From the NCBI GenBank assembly GCA_963756555.1, contig CAVWOC010000013.1, positions 59,194 through 123,193 of the forward strand: a stretch of 64,000 nucleotides of DNA, read 5' to 3'. The notes under the pieces are model-generated. The model made no database searches. It was not told where the DNA came from and was given only the letters and a program-made list of their open reading frames with translations. Both the position numbers and the translations under genes were made by a program. This document shows, piece by piece, positions 47,021 through 56,095 of this stretch. This stretch comes from an uncultured Actinomycetes bacterium. Its GTDB lineage: Bacteria; Actinomycetota; Thermoleophilia; Solirubrobacterales; Solirubrobacteraceae. Positions within the stretch are counted from its first letter, which is position 1, and the number at the start of each line of letters is the position of its first letter.

Positions 47021-47964
47021 TGCAGGGCAGCCTCGAGATCCTGACGGTCGGCAGGATCAGCATCGACCTTTATTGCGGCGAGCTGGATGCCGGCTGGCCC
47101 GAGGCGCGCACGTTCAACCGGGCGGTCGGCGGGAGCCCGACGAACGTGGCGATCGCCGCCGCCCGGCTCGGGCGCCGCGCCGCCGTCTACACCAAGGTGG
47201 GAGGCGATCCGTTCGGCCAGATGGCGCTGGAGGAGCTTCGCCAGTTCGGCGTCGAGACCCGATTCGTGGGGATCGAGCACACGCTGCTCACGCCGCTGGC
47301 GTTCGCCGTCCTCGACCCGCCAGATGACCCCTCGCTGCTGTTCCGGCGCGAGCCGCCGGTGCCGGATTTCCAGCTGCGCCCGGGGGAGGCCGACGAAGCG
47401 GCACGCGAGACGCCGATCCTGTGGGTCTCGGGCGGGGCGCTCTCGCAGGAGCCGAGCCGCGCGACCGTCCAGGCGCTGCTCGCGGAACGGGCGCGATCCG
47501 GCCACACGATCGTCGATCTCGACTACCGGCCCAGCTTCTGGGAGTCTCGCCAGGAAGCCGGCGAGGTGATCGGGGCGGCGGTGGCGCAGGCCACGGTCGC
47601 CGTCGGCAACCGCGAGGAGTGCGAGGTGGCCACCGGCGAGAGCGACCCCCACGAGGCGGCCCGGTCGCTGCTGGGGCGCGGCGTGGAGCTGGCGATCGTC
47701 AAGCTGGGCTCCGAAGGCGTGCTGCTGGCCACGGGCGCCGGCGAGCGGCTGCTGGCGCCAACCCCGGTGGAGGTGGTGTGCGGCCTCGGTGCCGGCGATG
47801 CCTTCGGCGGGGCGCTGTGCCACGGGCTGCTCTCAGGCTGGACGCCGGAGCGCTCGGTCCTGTTCGCGGGCGCGGCCGGCGGAATCGTCGCCTCGCGGCT
47901 CCTGTGCTCTCAGGCCATGCCCTACGAGCACGAGGTACTGGAGCTGATCGGAGCGCCGGCGTGA
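47020..47964 (+). CDS. iolC: 5-dehydro-2-deoxygluconokinase (kinase domain only)
   Basis: GRISIDLY, GGSPTNVA.AAARLG, DLDYRP.FW, GLGAGDAFGG. Confidence 0.9.
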   Translation: MQGSLEILTVGRISIDLYCGELDAGWPEARTFNRAVGGSPTNVAIAAARLGRRAAVYTKVGGDPFGQMALEELRQFGVETRFVGIEHTLLTPLAFAVLDPPDDPSLLFRREPPVPDFQLRPGEADEAARETPILWVSGGALSQEPSRATVQALLAERARSGHTIVDLDYRPSFWESRQEAGEVIGAAVAQATVAVGNREECEVATGESDPHEAARSLLGRGVELAIVKLGSEGVLLATGAGERLLAPTPVEVVCGLGAGDAFGGALCHGLLSGWTPERSVLFAGAAGGIVASRLLCSQAMPYEHEVLELIGAPA

Positions 47965-48995
47965 TGTCTGCCGCCGCCATCGCCCCGTTGCGGATCGGCG
48001 TGATCGGAGCCGGGCGGATCGGACGCATGCACGCCAGCCTGCTGGCCCACAACGTGCCCGGCGCGGCGGTGGCGGCGGTCTACGACGCGTCCGAGCAGCC
48101 GGCGCGAGATCTGGCCGGGGAACTGGGCATTCCGGTCATGGCGAGCGTGGAAGAGCTACTGCTCTCAGACGTCGACGCGGTGGCGATCTGCTCCAGCACC
48201 GACTCCCACGCCGAGCTGGTGGTGGCCGGTGCGCAGGCTGGCAAGGCTGTCTTTTGCGAGAAGCCGATCTCGCTCGACTTGGAGCACGTGGACCGCGCGC
48301 TGGCCGCCGTCGAGGCCGCCGGATCGGCGTTCCAGATCGGCTTCAACCGCCGCTTCGACCCGGCCCACGCCGCGGTTCGCGAGGCCGTGGCCTCGGGCCG
48401 GATCGGAGAGCCCCATGTGGTTCGTATCTCGAGCCGCGACCCCGCTCCCCCGCCGCGGGGTTATGTGAGCAGGTCCGGTGGGCTGTTTCTGGACATGACG
48501 ATCCACGACTTCGACATGGCCCGGTTCCTCACCGGCAGCGAGGTGGTTGAGGTGTTCGCGCGCGGCACGGTCAGAATCGATGACGCCCTCCAAGATTTCG
48601 ATGACATCGACACGGCCCTGATCACGCTGGTGCACTCGGACGGGTGCCTGACCGCGATCGACAACTCGCGCCAGGCCAGCTACGGCTTCGACCAGCGGGT
48701 GGAGGTGTTCGGCTCGAAGGGAATGGCCGCTTCAGAGAATCCTCTGGCGGACACCTCGGTGATCCAGACGGCACAGGGCACGCACCGTCGTGCGCTCCCG
48801 TACTTCTTCTTGGAGCGATACGTGCCGAGCTACGTCCGGGCCTGGGAAGCGTTCGTGGAAGCGGTGCGCACGGGCCGGAGCGCGATCTCCACGGCCGACG
48901 CCCGCGCGCCAACGGTGATCGCCATGGCGGCGCAGCAGTCATTGCGCGAAGGCCGGCCGGTGAAGGTCATGGAGCGAGCGGAGAGCGCGGCATGA
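47964..48995 (+). CDS. iolG: Inositol 2-dehydrogenase
   Basis: IG.GRIG..H, CEKPIS, QIGFNRRFD, SRDP.PP, SGGLF.DMTIHDFD, YGFDQRVEVFG. Confidence 0.88.
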   Translation: MSAAAIAPLRIGVIGAGRIGRMHASLLAHNVPGAAVAAVYDASEQPARDLAGELGIPVMASVEELLLSDVDAVAICSSTDSHAELVVAGAQAGKAVFCEKPISLDLEHVDRALAAVEAAGSAFQIGFNRRFDPAHAAVREAVASGRIGEPHVVRISSRDPAPPPRGYVSRSGGLFLDMTIHDFDMARFLTGSEVVEVFARGTVRIDDALQDFDDIDTALITLVHSDGCLTAIDNSRQASYGFDQRVEVFGSKGMAASENPLADTSVIQTAQGTHRRALPYFFLERYVPSYVRAWEAFVEAVRTGRSAISTADARAPTVIAMAAQQSLREGRPVKVMERAESAA

Positions 48996-50899
48996 GCCGG
49001 TTGACCGTGGCGCAGGCGCTGGTGCGCTTCCTGGGCATGCAGGTGGTGGAGCGCGACGGCCAGCGCTCGCGGTTCTTCGCCGGCTGCTTCGGGATCTTCG
49101 GTCACGGCAACGTCGCCGGGCTTGGGCAGGCGCTCGATCAGCACCGCGACTTGCTGCCCTATCACCCGGCGCGCAACGAGCAGGCCATGGTCCACCTGGC
49201 GGCAGGCTTCGCGCGCCAGCACAATAGGCTGCGCACGTTCGCCTGCACCACGTCGGTGGGTCCCGGGGCCACGAACATGGTCACCGGCGCCGCGGCCGCG
49301 ACCATCAACCGTCTACCGGTGCTGCTCCTGCCCGGCGATACGTTCGCCTCGCGCGCGCCCCACCCGGTGCTGCAGCAGCTCGAGGTCCCGCATGACGCCA
49401 CCGTGTCTGTCAACGATGCCTTCAGGCCCGTGTCGCGCTTCTACGAGCGTGTCGAGCGGCCGCCGCAACTGCTGCCGGCGTGCCTGGAGGCGATGCGAGT
49501 GCTGAGCGACCCCGCGGAGACCGGCGCCGTCACGCTCGCTCTGCCGGAGGATGTACAGGCCGAGGCGTTCGAATTCGACGACGCGTTCCTGGAAGAGCGG
49601 GTGTGGGCCATCTACCGCCAGCCCCCGGCGGCCGATGCTCTGGCTCGCGCTGCGGAGTTGATCCGCACCGCGCAGCGGCCGTTGATCGTGGCCGGGGGCG
49701 GCATCATCTATAGCCAGGCGACCGCAGCGCTGCGGGAGCTGGTCGATGCCACGGCGATCCCGGTGTGCGAGACGCAGGCAGGCCGCGGCGCGCTCGTCTC
49801 CGAGCACCCGCTGAGCCTGGGTGCCTTGGGGGCCACGGGCTCCGCGGCGGCCAATCGCTTGGCTCGCACGGCGGACCTGGTGATCGGGATCGGCACGCGC
49901 TGGAGCGACTTCACCACGGCCTCCAAGTCCGCCTTCCAGGATCCGAACGTGCGCTTCGTGAGCATCAACGTCGCCGCGTTCGACGCGGCGAAGCTGTCCG
50001 CCCTGCCGGTCGTGGCCGATGCCCGGCTGGCGCTGGAAGAGCTCCGTCGCAGGCTGCACGGCCACCGGGCCGATCCGCAGTGGGAGCTGCAGGCTGTCGA
50101 GCAGGCAGAAGCCTGGGGCGGAGAGGTGGCGCGGCTGGTGTCCGAGCCGGGCGCCGCCGGTGGTCTCACGCAGGCCCAGGTGATCGGCGCGATCAACGAC
50201 GCCGCCGGCCAGCGGGGCGTGGTGGTGTGCGCGGCGGGGTCCGCTCCCGGCGACCTCCACAAGCTCTGGCGGGCGCGCGATCCCGAGGGCAAGGGCTACC
50301 ACGTCGAGTACGGCTACTCGTGCATGGGCTACGAAATCCCCGGGGGCATCGGCGTGAAGCTGGCGGCGCCCGACCGAAGCGTGTTCGTGCTGATCGGCGA
50401 CGGCTCCTATCTGATGTTGCCGGGGGAGCTGGTGACAGCTGTCGCCGAGCGTGTGCCGCTGGTGATCGTGCTTGTCGACAACCACGGCTACGCATCGATC
50501 GGCGCGCTGTCGCGCTCGGTGGGCTCGGCCGGCTTCGGCACCCACTACAGGCGCGGCCACGACGGCGCGATACCGCTCGACGCTCGTGACGGCCAGGGTC
50601 TGGCGCAGAGCGCCGAGCCCCTTCCGATCGACCTCGCGACCAACGCCGAGAGCCTGGGGGCCAGCGTGATCCGGGCGCGGACGATCGATGAGCTGCGGGC
50701 GGGACTGGAGTTCGGCCGCCAGGCCGACGGACCGGTGGTGGTCTACGTGGAGACCGACCGCTACGCCGGCGTTCCGAGCTACGAGGGCTGGTGGGAAGTA
50801 CCGGTGGCCGAGGTCTCAGACCAGTCCGCCGTCCAGAGCGCGCGCGAGCATTACGAGCGCGCTCGGCGCGAGCAGCGGAACTACCTCCAGCAGCCGTGA
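48992..50899 (+). CDS. iolD: THcHDO hydrolase (TPP-dependent)
   Basis: LTVAQALVRFL, IFGHGNVAG, RNEQAM.H.A, S.GPG.TNMVT, EYGYSCMGYEI, GDGSYLM. Confidence 0.94.
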   Translation: MSRLTVAQALVRFLGMQVVERDGQRSRFFAGCFGIFGHGNVAGLGQALDQHRDLLPYHPARNEQAMVHLAAGFARQHNRLRTFACTTSVGPGATNMVTGAAAATINRLPVLLLPGDTFASRAPHPVLQQLEVPHDATVSVNDAFRPVSRFYERVERPPQLLPACLEAMRVLSDPAETGAVTLALPEDVQAEAFEFDDAFLEERVWAIYRQPPAADALARAAELIRTAQRPLIVAGGGIIYSQATAALRELVDATAIPVCETQAGRGALVSEHPLSLGALGATGSAAANRLARTADLVIGIGTRWSDFTTASKSAFQDPNVRFVSINVAAFDAAKLSALPVVADARLALEELRRRLHGHRADPQWELQAVEQAEAWGGEVARLVSEPGAAGGLTQAQVIGAINDAAGQRGVVVCAAGSAPGDLHKLWRARDPEGKGYHVEYGYSCMGYEIPGGIGVKLAAPDRSVFVLIGDGSYLMLPGELVTAVAERVPLVIVLVDNHGYASIGALSRSVGSAGFGTHYRRGHDGAIPLDARDGQGLAQSAEPLPIDLATNAESLGASVIRARTIDELRAGLEFGRQADGPVVVYVETDRYAGVPSYEGWWEVPVAEVSDQSAVQSAREHYERARREQRNYLQQP

Positions 50900-51723
50900 G
50901 CGGCTTGCTCGTCCATCCCGCGGCCGCACCGGGAGCAGACGGCTCGATCCTGTCCGTAACCCCGCTTTCCGCAGGTTGGAAGCACGTGGGCTTCGAGGTG
51001 CTGGCGCTACCAGACGGAGCCGAGCTCGAGCGTCATACGGGCGCGGCCGAGCTGTGCATAGTGTCGGTATCGGGAGCCGTCGACGTGGCCTCGGAGCATG
51101 GACGCTGGCCGGCGCTGGGCGGCCGCGAGGATCCCTGGTCCGGCCTGCCGGACGCCGCCTACCTGCCGCCGGGCACCGAGTTCGCGCTGCGAGCCGGCGC
51201 GGGCGAGGCCGAGGTAGCGCTGTGTTGGGGGCCCGCCCCGAGGGGCGGCGCCCAGGCTCGCGTGCTGCCGGGCAACGAGATCGAGGAAGAGAGGCGAGGC
51301 CACGGTTCGCTTCAGCGCACCGTGCGCCCGATATTGATGGGTGACCGCGAGGCCGACTCGCTGCTGGTGTGCGAAGTCCTGACCCCGGCGGGCCATTGGT
51401 CCAGCTATCCACCGCACAAGCACGATCGGGACGCCCCGCCCACCGAGACCTTCTTGGAGGAGACCTATTACCACCGTCTCCGTCCGGCTCGAGGCTTCGG
51501 GTTCCAGCGCGTCTACAGCGACGACCGCGCGCTCGACGAGTCGCTGGCGTTCGGCGACCGGGACTGCGTCCTCGTCCCCCGCGGATACCACACCGTCTCG
51601 GCGCCACCCGGCTACGAGCTCTACTACCTGAACGTCATGGCCGGTCCGGAGCGCCTGTGGGCAGTTGCCAACGACCCGGACCACGAGTGGACACTTGACC
51701 CCGATTCCTCACCGCAGGAGTGA
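50896..51723 (+). CDS. iolB: 5-deoxy-glucuronate isomerase
   Basis: GW..VGF, LLVCEV.TP.G.WSSYPPHKHD, LEE.YY, Q.VY, VPRGYH, YYLNVMAG. Confidence 0.93.
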   Translation: MSGLLVHPAAAPGADGSILSVTPLSAGWKHVGFEVLALPDGAELERHTGAAELCIVSVSGAVDVASEHGRWPALGGREDPWSGLPDAAYLPPGTEFALRAGAGEAEVALCWGPAPRGGAQARVLPGNEIEEERRGHGSLQRTVRPILMGDREADSLLVCEVLTPAGHWSSYPPHKHDRDAPPTETFLEETYYHRLRPARGFGFQRVYSDDRALDESLAFGDRDCVLVPRGYHTVSAPPGYELYYLNVMAGPERLWAVANDPDHEWTLDPDSSPQE

Positions 51724-51726
51724 CAG

Positions 51727-53238
51727 ATGGCCGTAACAGCGACTCGACTGCTTGACAACTACATCGCCGGCGAATGGACCCCCGCGCGGCAGCCGACAGA
51801 CGTCCTTAGCGTCACGAACCCAGCGACCGGCGAGCCCTTGGCCCGCGTCCCCCTGTCCAGTTTCTCCGACCTCGACGCCGCCGTCCGTGCGGCACGCGCC
51901 GCGCTGCCGGCGTGGCGCGAGGTCTCGGTGATCGGCCGCGCGCGCAAGCTTTTCGAGCTCCGGGAGCGCCTGGATGCCCGTAGCGGAGAGCTGGCCCGGT
52001 CGGTGACGGTGGAGATGGGCAAGACGCTGGCCGACGCCCGCGCCGAGGTGGCACGGATGATCGAGATGGTGGAGCTGGCTTGCGCCGTGCCGACCACGAT
52101 GCAGGGCCGGATCCTGGAGGACGTCTCGCGCGGGATCGACGCCGAGACCGTGCGCCAGCCGGTGGGGGTCTGCGCGGCGATCGTGCCGTTCAACTTCCCG
52201 GCGATGGTCCCGTTCTGGTTTCTGCCGTTCGCCATCGCGTGCGGCAACACTTTCGTGCTGAAGCCCTCCGAGCAGGTGCCGATGACCCAACAGCTGGTGT
52301 TTGGAGAGCTGCACGAGCTGGGGCTGCCGCCCGGGGTAGTCAACCTCGTCAATGGCAGCCGCGAGGTGGTGGAGGGAATCCTCGATCACCCGGGCATCGA
52401 CGCCGTGTCGTTCGTCGGCTCGGCGCCGGTGGCGAAGCTCGTATACGAGCGGGCGGCGAAGGCCGGCAAGCGGGTGCAGGCGCTGGGAGGGGCCAAGAAC
52501 CACATGGTCGTGATGCCGGATGCCGTCGTGGAGAAGACGGTCGAGGGGATACTGGGGTCGGCGTTCGGGGCCGCGGGCCAGCGCTGCATGGCGGGCTCGG
52601 TGGTGGTCACGGTCGCGGATGCCCACGAGCAGCTGATGCCCGCGCTGGTGGAGGCCGCTCGCGGGCTGCGGGTGGGCGACGGCCTCGACGAGCAGGTGGA
52701 CGTGGGGCCGGTGATCTCGGGCGGCGCCTGTGAGCGGATCACCGGCTGGATCGAGCGAGGGCTCGAGGACGGCGCCAGCTCGGCGCTGGACGGGCGAGGG
52801 GTCTCCGACGCCGGCGCGCTCCCGCCCCAGGGGTCCTACGTCGGCCCGACGATCCTGGACGACGTCACCCCCCAGATGCAGATCGCCCAGGAGGAAGTGT
52901 TCGGGCCGGTGCTGTCAGTGATTCGCGCCGGATCGCTGGACGAGGCGGTCGAGATCGTCAACGCAAGCCGCTTTGGCAACGGCAGCTCGATCTTCACCGA
53001 GTCCGCGGCTTCGGTCCGTCGCTTTCGGCACGAGATCCAGACGGGCATGGTGGGCGTCAACATCGGCGTCGCGGCGCCGGTGGCTTTCTTCCCGTTCTCG
53101 GGCTGGAAGGACAGCTTTCTCGGCGACCTCCACGCCCACGGTCAGGACGCCGTCGAGTTCTACACGCGCAAAAAGACCGTCACCAGCCGCTACTTCTCGA
53201 GCGGCCAGGGGAGCGGGAGCTACTTCGTCGAGCGCTAG
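51727..53238 (+). CDS. iolA: CoA-acylating (methyl)malonate-semialdehyde dehydrogenase
   Basis: PFNFPAMVP.W, LKPSEQ.P, SFVGS..VA, QALGGAKNH, GAAGQRCMA, EEVFGPV, FPFSGWK.SF.GD. Confidence 0.93.
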   Translation: MAVTATRLLDNYIAGEWTPARQPTDVLSVTNPATGEPLARVPLSSFSDLDAAVRAARAALPAWREVSVIGRARKLFELRERLDARSGELARSVTVEMGKTLADARAEVARMIEMVELACAVPTTMQGRILEDVSRGIDAETVRQPVGVCAAIVPFNFPAMVPFWFLPFAIACGNTFVLKPSEQVPMTQQLVFGELHELGLPPGVVNLVNGSREVVEGILDHPGIDAVSFVGSAPVAKLVYERAAKAGKRVQALGGAKNHMVVMPDAVVEKTVEGILGSAFGAAGQRCMAGSVVVTVADAHEQLMPALVEAARGLRVGDGLDEQVDVGPVISGGACERITGWIERGLEDGASSALDGRGVSDAGALPPQGSYVGPTILDDVTPQMQIAQEEVFGPVLSVIRAGSLDEAVEIVNASRFGNGSSIFTESAASVRRFRHEIQTGMVGVNIGVAAPVAFFPFSGWKDSFLGDLHAHGQDAVEFYTRKKTVTSRYFSSGQGSGSYFVER

Positions 53239-53248
53239 TCGATTGCCC

Positions 53249-53318
53249 GGCCCGGCTCATGAGCCGGGCCGCCGGCCGGACATGTTCCGGCCGGGCCGGC
53301 CGCGCATGCGCGGCCGGC
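53249..53318. repeat. Three tandem GC-rich palindromes, each centred on CATG
   Basis: 53249-70 (perfect 22 bp), 53272-94 (near perfect), 53295-318 (perfect 24 bp), between convergent iolA and clpP. Confidence 0.85.
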
Positions 53319-53321
53319 GTT

Positions 53322-53903
53322 CTAGTGATGCTCGATCACGCGGTCGATCAGCCCGTACTCCACCGCTTCCTCTGCCTTGAAGAAGCGGTCGCGCTCCATG
53401 TCCTGGTGCACCTGCTCCAGCGTCTGGCCGGTATGCGTGGCGTAGATCTCGTCGATCCGGTCACGGACCTTGAGGATCTCACGGGCGTGAATCTCGATCT
53501 CAGTCGACTGTCCCTCAAAGCCCGCGGAGGGCTGGTGAATCAACAGGCGGCTGTTGGGTAGCGCAAAGCGCTTGCCCTTCGTGCCGCCGGTCAAAAGCAG
53601 CGAGCCCATCGACATCGCGATGCCCACGCAGATCGTCTGCACGTCGGGCTTGATGAACTGCATCGTGTCGTAGATCGCCAGGCCCGAGTAGATCGAGCCG
53701 CCCGGGCAGTTGACGTAGATCGAGATGTCCTTGTCCGGGTCCTCGGACTCCAGGTGCAGGAGCTGGGCGACGATCAGGTTGGCGATCTGGTCGTCGATCG
53801 GGGTGCCTAGGAAGATGATGCGCTCGTTCAGCAGGCGGCTGTAGATGTCGAACTCGCGCTCGCCGCGCGCCGTCTGCTCGATCACCATGGGGATGAGTGG
53901 CAT
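53322..53903 (-). CDS. clpP: ATP-dependent Clp protease proteolytic subunit
   Basis: [29 protein letters not shown] (Ser), LIHQP (His), MERD. Confidence 0.95.
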   Translation of the reverse strand: MPLIPMVIEQTARGEREFDIYSRLLNERIIFLGTPIDDQIANLIVAQLLHLESEDPDKDISIYVNCPGGSIYSGLAIYDTMQFIKPDVQTICVGIAMSMGSLLLTGGTKGKRFALPNSRLLIHQPSAGFEGQSTEIEIHAREILKVRDRIDEIYATHTGQTLEQVHQDMERDRFFKAEEAVEYGLIDRVIEHH

Positions 53904-53947
53904 GGCTCTAACCCTAGCGATGAAGGCTGGCTGCGCCGCCCGGGACC

Positions 53948-54901
53948 CTAAGGGAGGATGACCGCGGTGCCCTCGAAGCGGCCGGCGCGCAGATCCGAGA
54001 GCGCCTGCTCGGCCTGCTCCAGCCGGTAGGTGCTGACCGTGGTCCGGATCGGGATTTGCGGCGCAAGTTCCAGCAGCTGGTAGCCGTCCTCCCGGGTCAG
54101 GTTGGCGACCGAACGGATCGACCGCTCCTGCCAGAGATCCTCGTAGGGAAACGACGGGATGTCGGTCATGTGGATTCCAGCGCAGACCACGGTGCCGCCT
54201 GGCGCCAGATGCTTGAGCGCGCGCGGAACGAGCTCGCCTGCCGAGGCAAAGATGATCGCCCCATCAAGCGGCTCCGGTGGCGCCTCGTCGCTGCCGCCCG
54301 CCCATACGGCTCCCAGCGACCGGGCAAAATCCTGCGTTCGGGCGTCGCCGGGGCGCGCGAACGCGAACACCTGGCGGCCCTGAAAGACCGCCACCTGGCA
54401 GATCATGTGCGCGGCGGAGCCAAAGCCGTACAGCCCCAGCCGCGGCGCGTCTCCGGTCATGCGAAGCGCCCGGTAGCCGATCAGCCCGCCGCACAGAAGC
54501 GGCGCCAGCTGCTCATTGGGCACGCCGTCCGGCAGCGGCAGGCAGAAGCGCTCGTCGGCGACTGTGGCCTCGGCATAGCCGCCGTCGATGTCGCGCCCGG
54601 TGAACCGCGCGTTGACGCACAGGTTCTCGCGGCCGCTTCGGCAGTAGCGACACTCGCCGTCGGTCCAGCCAAGCCAGGGAACGCCGAGCCGGCGCCCGTC
54701 GTCCGCCACGCCCACGATCTGGTGTCCGGGCACCACGGGCACCTTGGTGGCCGCGATCTCCGAGTCGCGCAGGTGAAGGTCGGTTCTGCATACCGCGCAG
54801 GCCTTGATCGTCAGCCGCAGCTGTCCGGGCGCCGGCTGCGGGTCCGGTAGCTCGGCCAGCTCGAGCGGCCGTCCCTGCTCCATTAGAAGGCTGGCGCGCA
54901 T
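53948..54901 (-). CDS. Zinc-dependent alcohol dehydrogenase family protein
   Basis: VCRTDLH, PGHQIVG, CRYCRSG.ENLC, DGGYAE, APLLC.G.IGYR. Confidence 0.9.
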   Translation of the reverse strand: MRASLLMEQGRPLELAELPDPQPAPGQLRLTIKACAVCRTDLHLRDSEIAATKVPVVPGHQIVGVADDGRRLGVPWLGWTDGECRYCRSGRENLCVNARFTGRDIDGGYAEATVADERFCLPLPDGVPNEQLAPLLCGGLIGYRALRMTGDAPRLGLYGFGSAAHMICQVAVFQGRQVFAFARPGDARTQDFARSLGAVWAGGSDEAPPEPLDGAIIFASAGELVPRALKHLAPGGTVVCAGIHMTDIPSFPYEDLWQERSIRSVANLTREDGYQLLELAPQIPIRTTVSTYRLEQAEQALSDLRAGRFEGTAVILP

Positions 54902-54924
54902 GCTGACATCATGCCCTCTGGCCG

Positions 54925-55488
54925 ATGGTTCCCCTCAACGTCCCCAACGTTTTGACGGTGATCCGCATCCTGCTGGTACCGGTGCTGATCGTCGCTCTGC
55001 TCGAGAAGAGCGGCGATGGCGACCTCCTGGCGGCGATCGTGTTTGCCGTTGCGTCGGTGACCGACGCCATCGACGGTTACCTGGCGCGCTCGCGCAACTG
55101 GGTGACGACGTTCGGGAAGCTGATGGACCCGATCGCCGACAAGCTGCTGATCGTGGCCGCGCTCGTCGCCCTGGTGTCATTGGGTCGGCTCGAGGCCTGG
55201 GTGGCGATGGTGATCATCGCCCGGGAGTTCGCCGTCACCGTGCTGCGGGTAGCGGCCGGCGCCCAGCAGGGGACCGTGATCGCGGCCAGCGTCTGGGGCA
55301 AGCTCAAGACCGCGGTCCAGGTGGCGATGGTCATGGCGCTGATCGCCTACCACCACCATCCGCTGTGGGTATCGCTGCTGGTGTACGTGACGGTGATCGT
55401 CACCGTGCTCTCGGGCGCCGACTATTTCTTCGGGCTGCGCCGGCGCGAAATGGCGTCCGGACGGACGGAGTCCGGCGTCAATGTCTGA
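54925..55488 (+). CDS. pgsA: CDP-diacylglycerol--glycerol-3-phosphate 3-phosphatidyltransferase
   Basis: NVPN.LT..RI, TD..DGYLAR......FGKLMDP.ADK, RE..V..LR, GKLKT. Confidence 0.9.
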   Translation: MVPLNVPNVLTVIRILLVPVLIVALLEKSGDGDLLAAIVFAVASVTDAIDGYLARSRNWVTTFGKLMDPIADKLLIVAALVALVSLGRLEAWVAMVIIAREFAVTVLRVAAGAQQGTVIAASVWGKLKTAVQVAMVMALIAYHHHPLWVSLLVYVTVIVTVLSGADYFFGLRRREMASGRTESGVNV

Positions 55489-56014
55489 GGTGCCCGAGGC
55501 TTCGATCGAGCGAGGTGAGGGCGGAGAGGTTCCCGCCGGCGAAGGCTGGTTCGTGCTCAATGCTCGCGAGGCCAAGTGGCTCGACGGCCACCTCGGCGCT
55601 TACACCCGGTTCGAGGGCGAGGCGCGGTTCCCGCAGCTGGGCTTCAACATCGGCGTGCTTCAGCCGGGGCAGCCGTCCTGCCACTACCACGGCGAGGACG
55701 AGCAGGAGGACTTCCTCGTGCTTTGCGGCCAGTGCCTGCTGCTGATCGAGGGTCAGGAGCGGCGTCTGGCGCAATGGGACTTCGTGCACTGCCCGGCCTG
55801 GACGGAGCACGTGTTCGTCGGAGCGGGCGACGGGCCGTGTGCGCTCTTGGCCGTCGGCACCCGGCTGAGCGACGATGTCGTCTATCCGGCGTCAGAGCTG
55901 GCGCAGCGCCACGAGGCTGGCGTCAGCGAGGAGACGCGCGATCCGAAGGTGGCGTACGCCGACATCCCACCGGACCGAGCGGTCGGCTACCAGGAGGGCT
56001 GGTTACCGGGCTGA
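55481..56014 (+). CDS. Cupin domain protein
   Basis: LQPGQP...YHGE..QEDFLVL.G, WDF.HCPAWT.H. Confidence 0.85.
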   Translation: MSEVPEASIERGEGGEVPAGEGWFVLNAREAKWLDGHLGAYTRFEGEARFPQLGFNIGVLQPGQPSCHYHGEDEQEDFLVLCGQCLLLIEGQERRLAQWDFVHCPAWTEHVFVGAGDGPCALLAVGTRLSDDVVYPASELAQRHEAGVSEETRDPKVAYADIPPDRAVGYQEGWLPG

Positions 56015-56032
56015 GCCTACGCGCCGGCGTCG

Positions 56033-56095
56033 GCCCTCAAGCCCCCGCGTCGAGCCCTCAAGCCCCCGCGTTCAGCCCTCAAGCCCCCGCGTCGA
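56033..56095. repeat. 3 x 21-bp tandem repeat spanning the GTP cyclohydrolase stop codon
   Basis: GCCCTCAAGCCCCCGCGTCGA at 56033, 56054 (ends TTCA) and 56075. Confidence 0.85.

Noticed and set aside
54925-55488. Phosphatidylinositol-phosphate synthase linked to the iol operon
   Set aside because: The sequence pattern (PN.LT..RI, FGKLMDP.ADK, GKLKT) is that of phosphatidylglycerophosphate synthase, and it is separated from iol by clpP and the ADH.
56033-56095. CRISPR array
   Set aside because: The 21-bp units are head-to-tail with no spacers.
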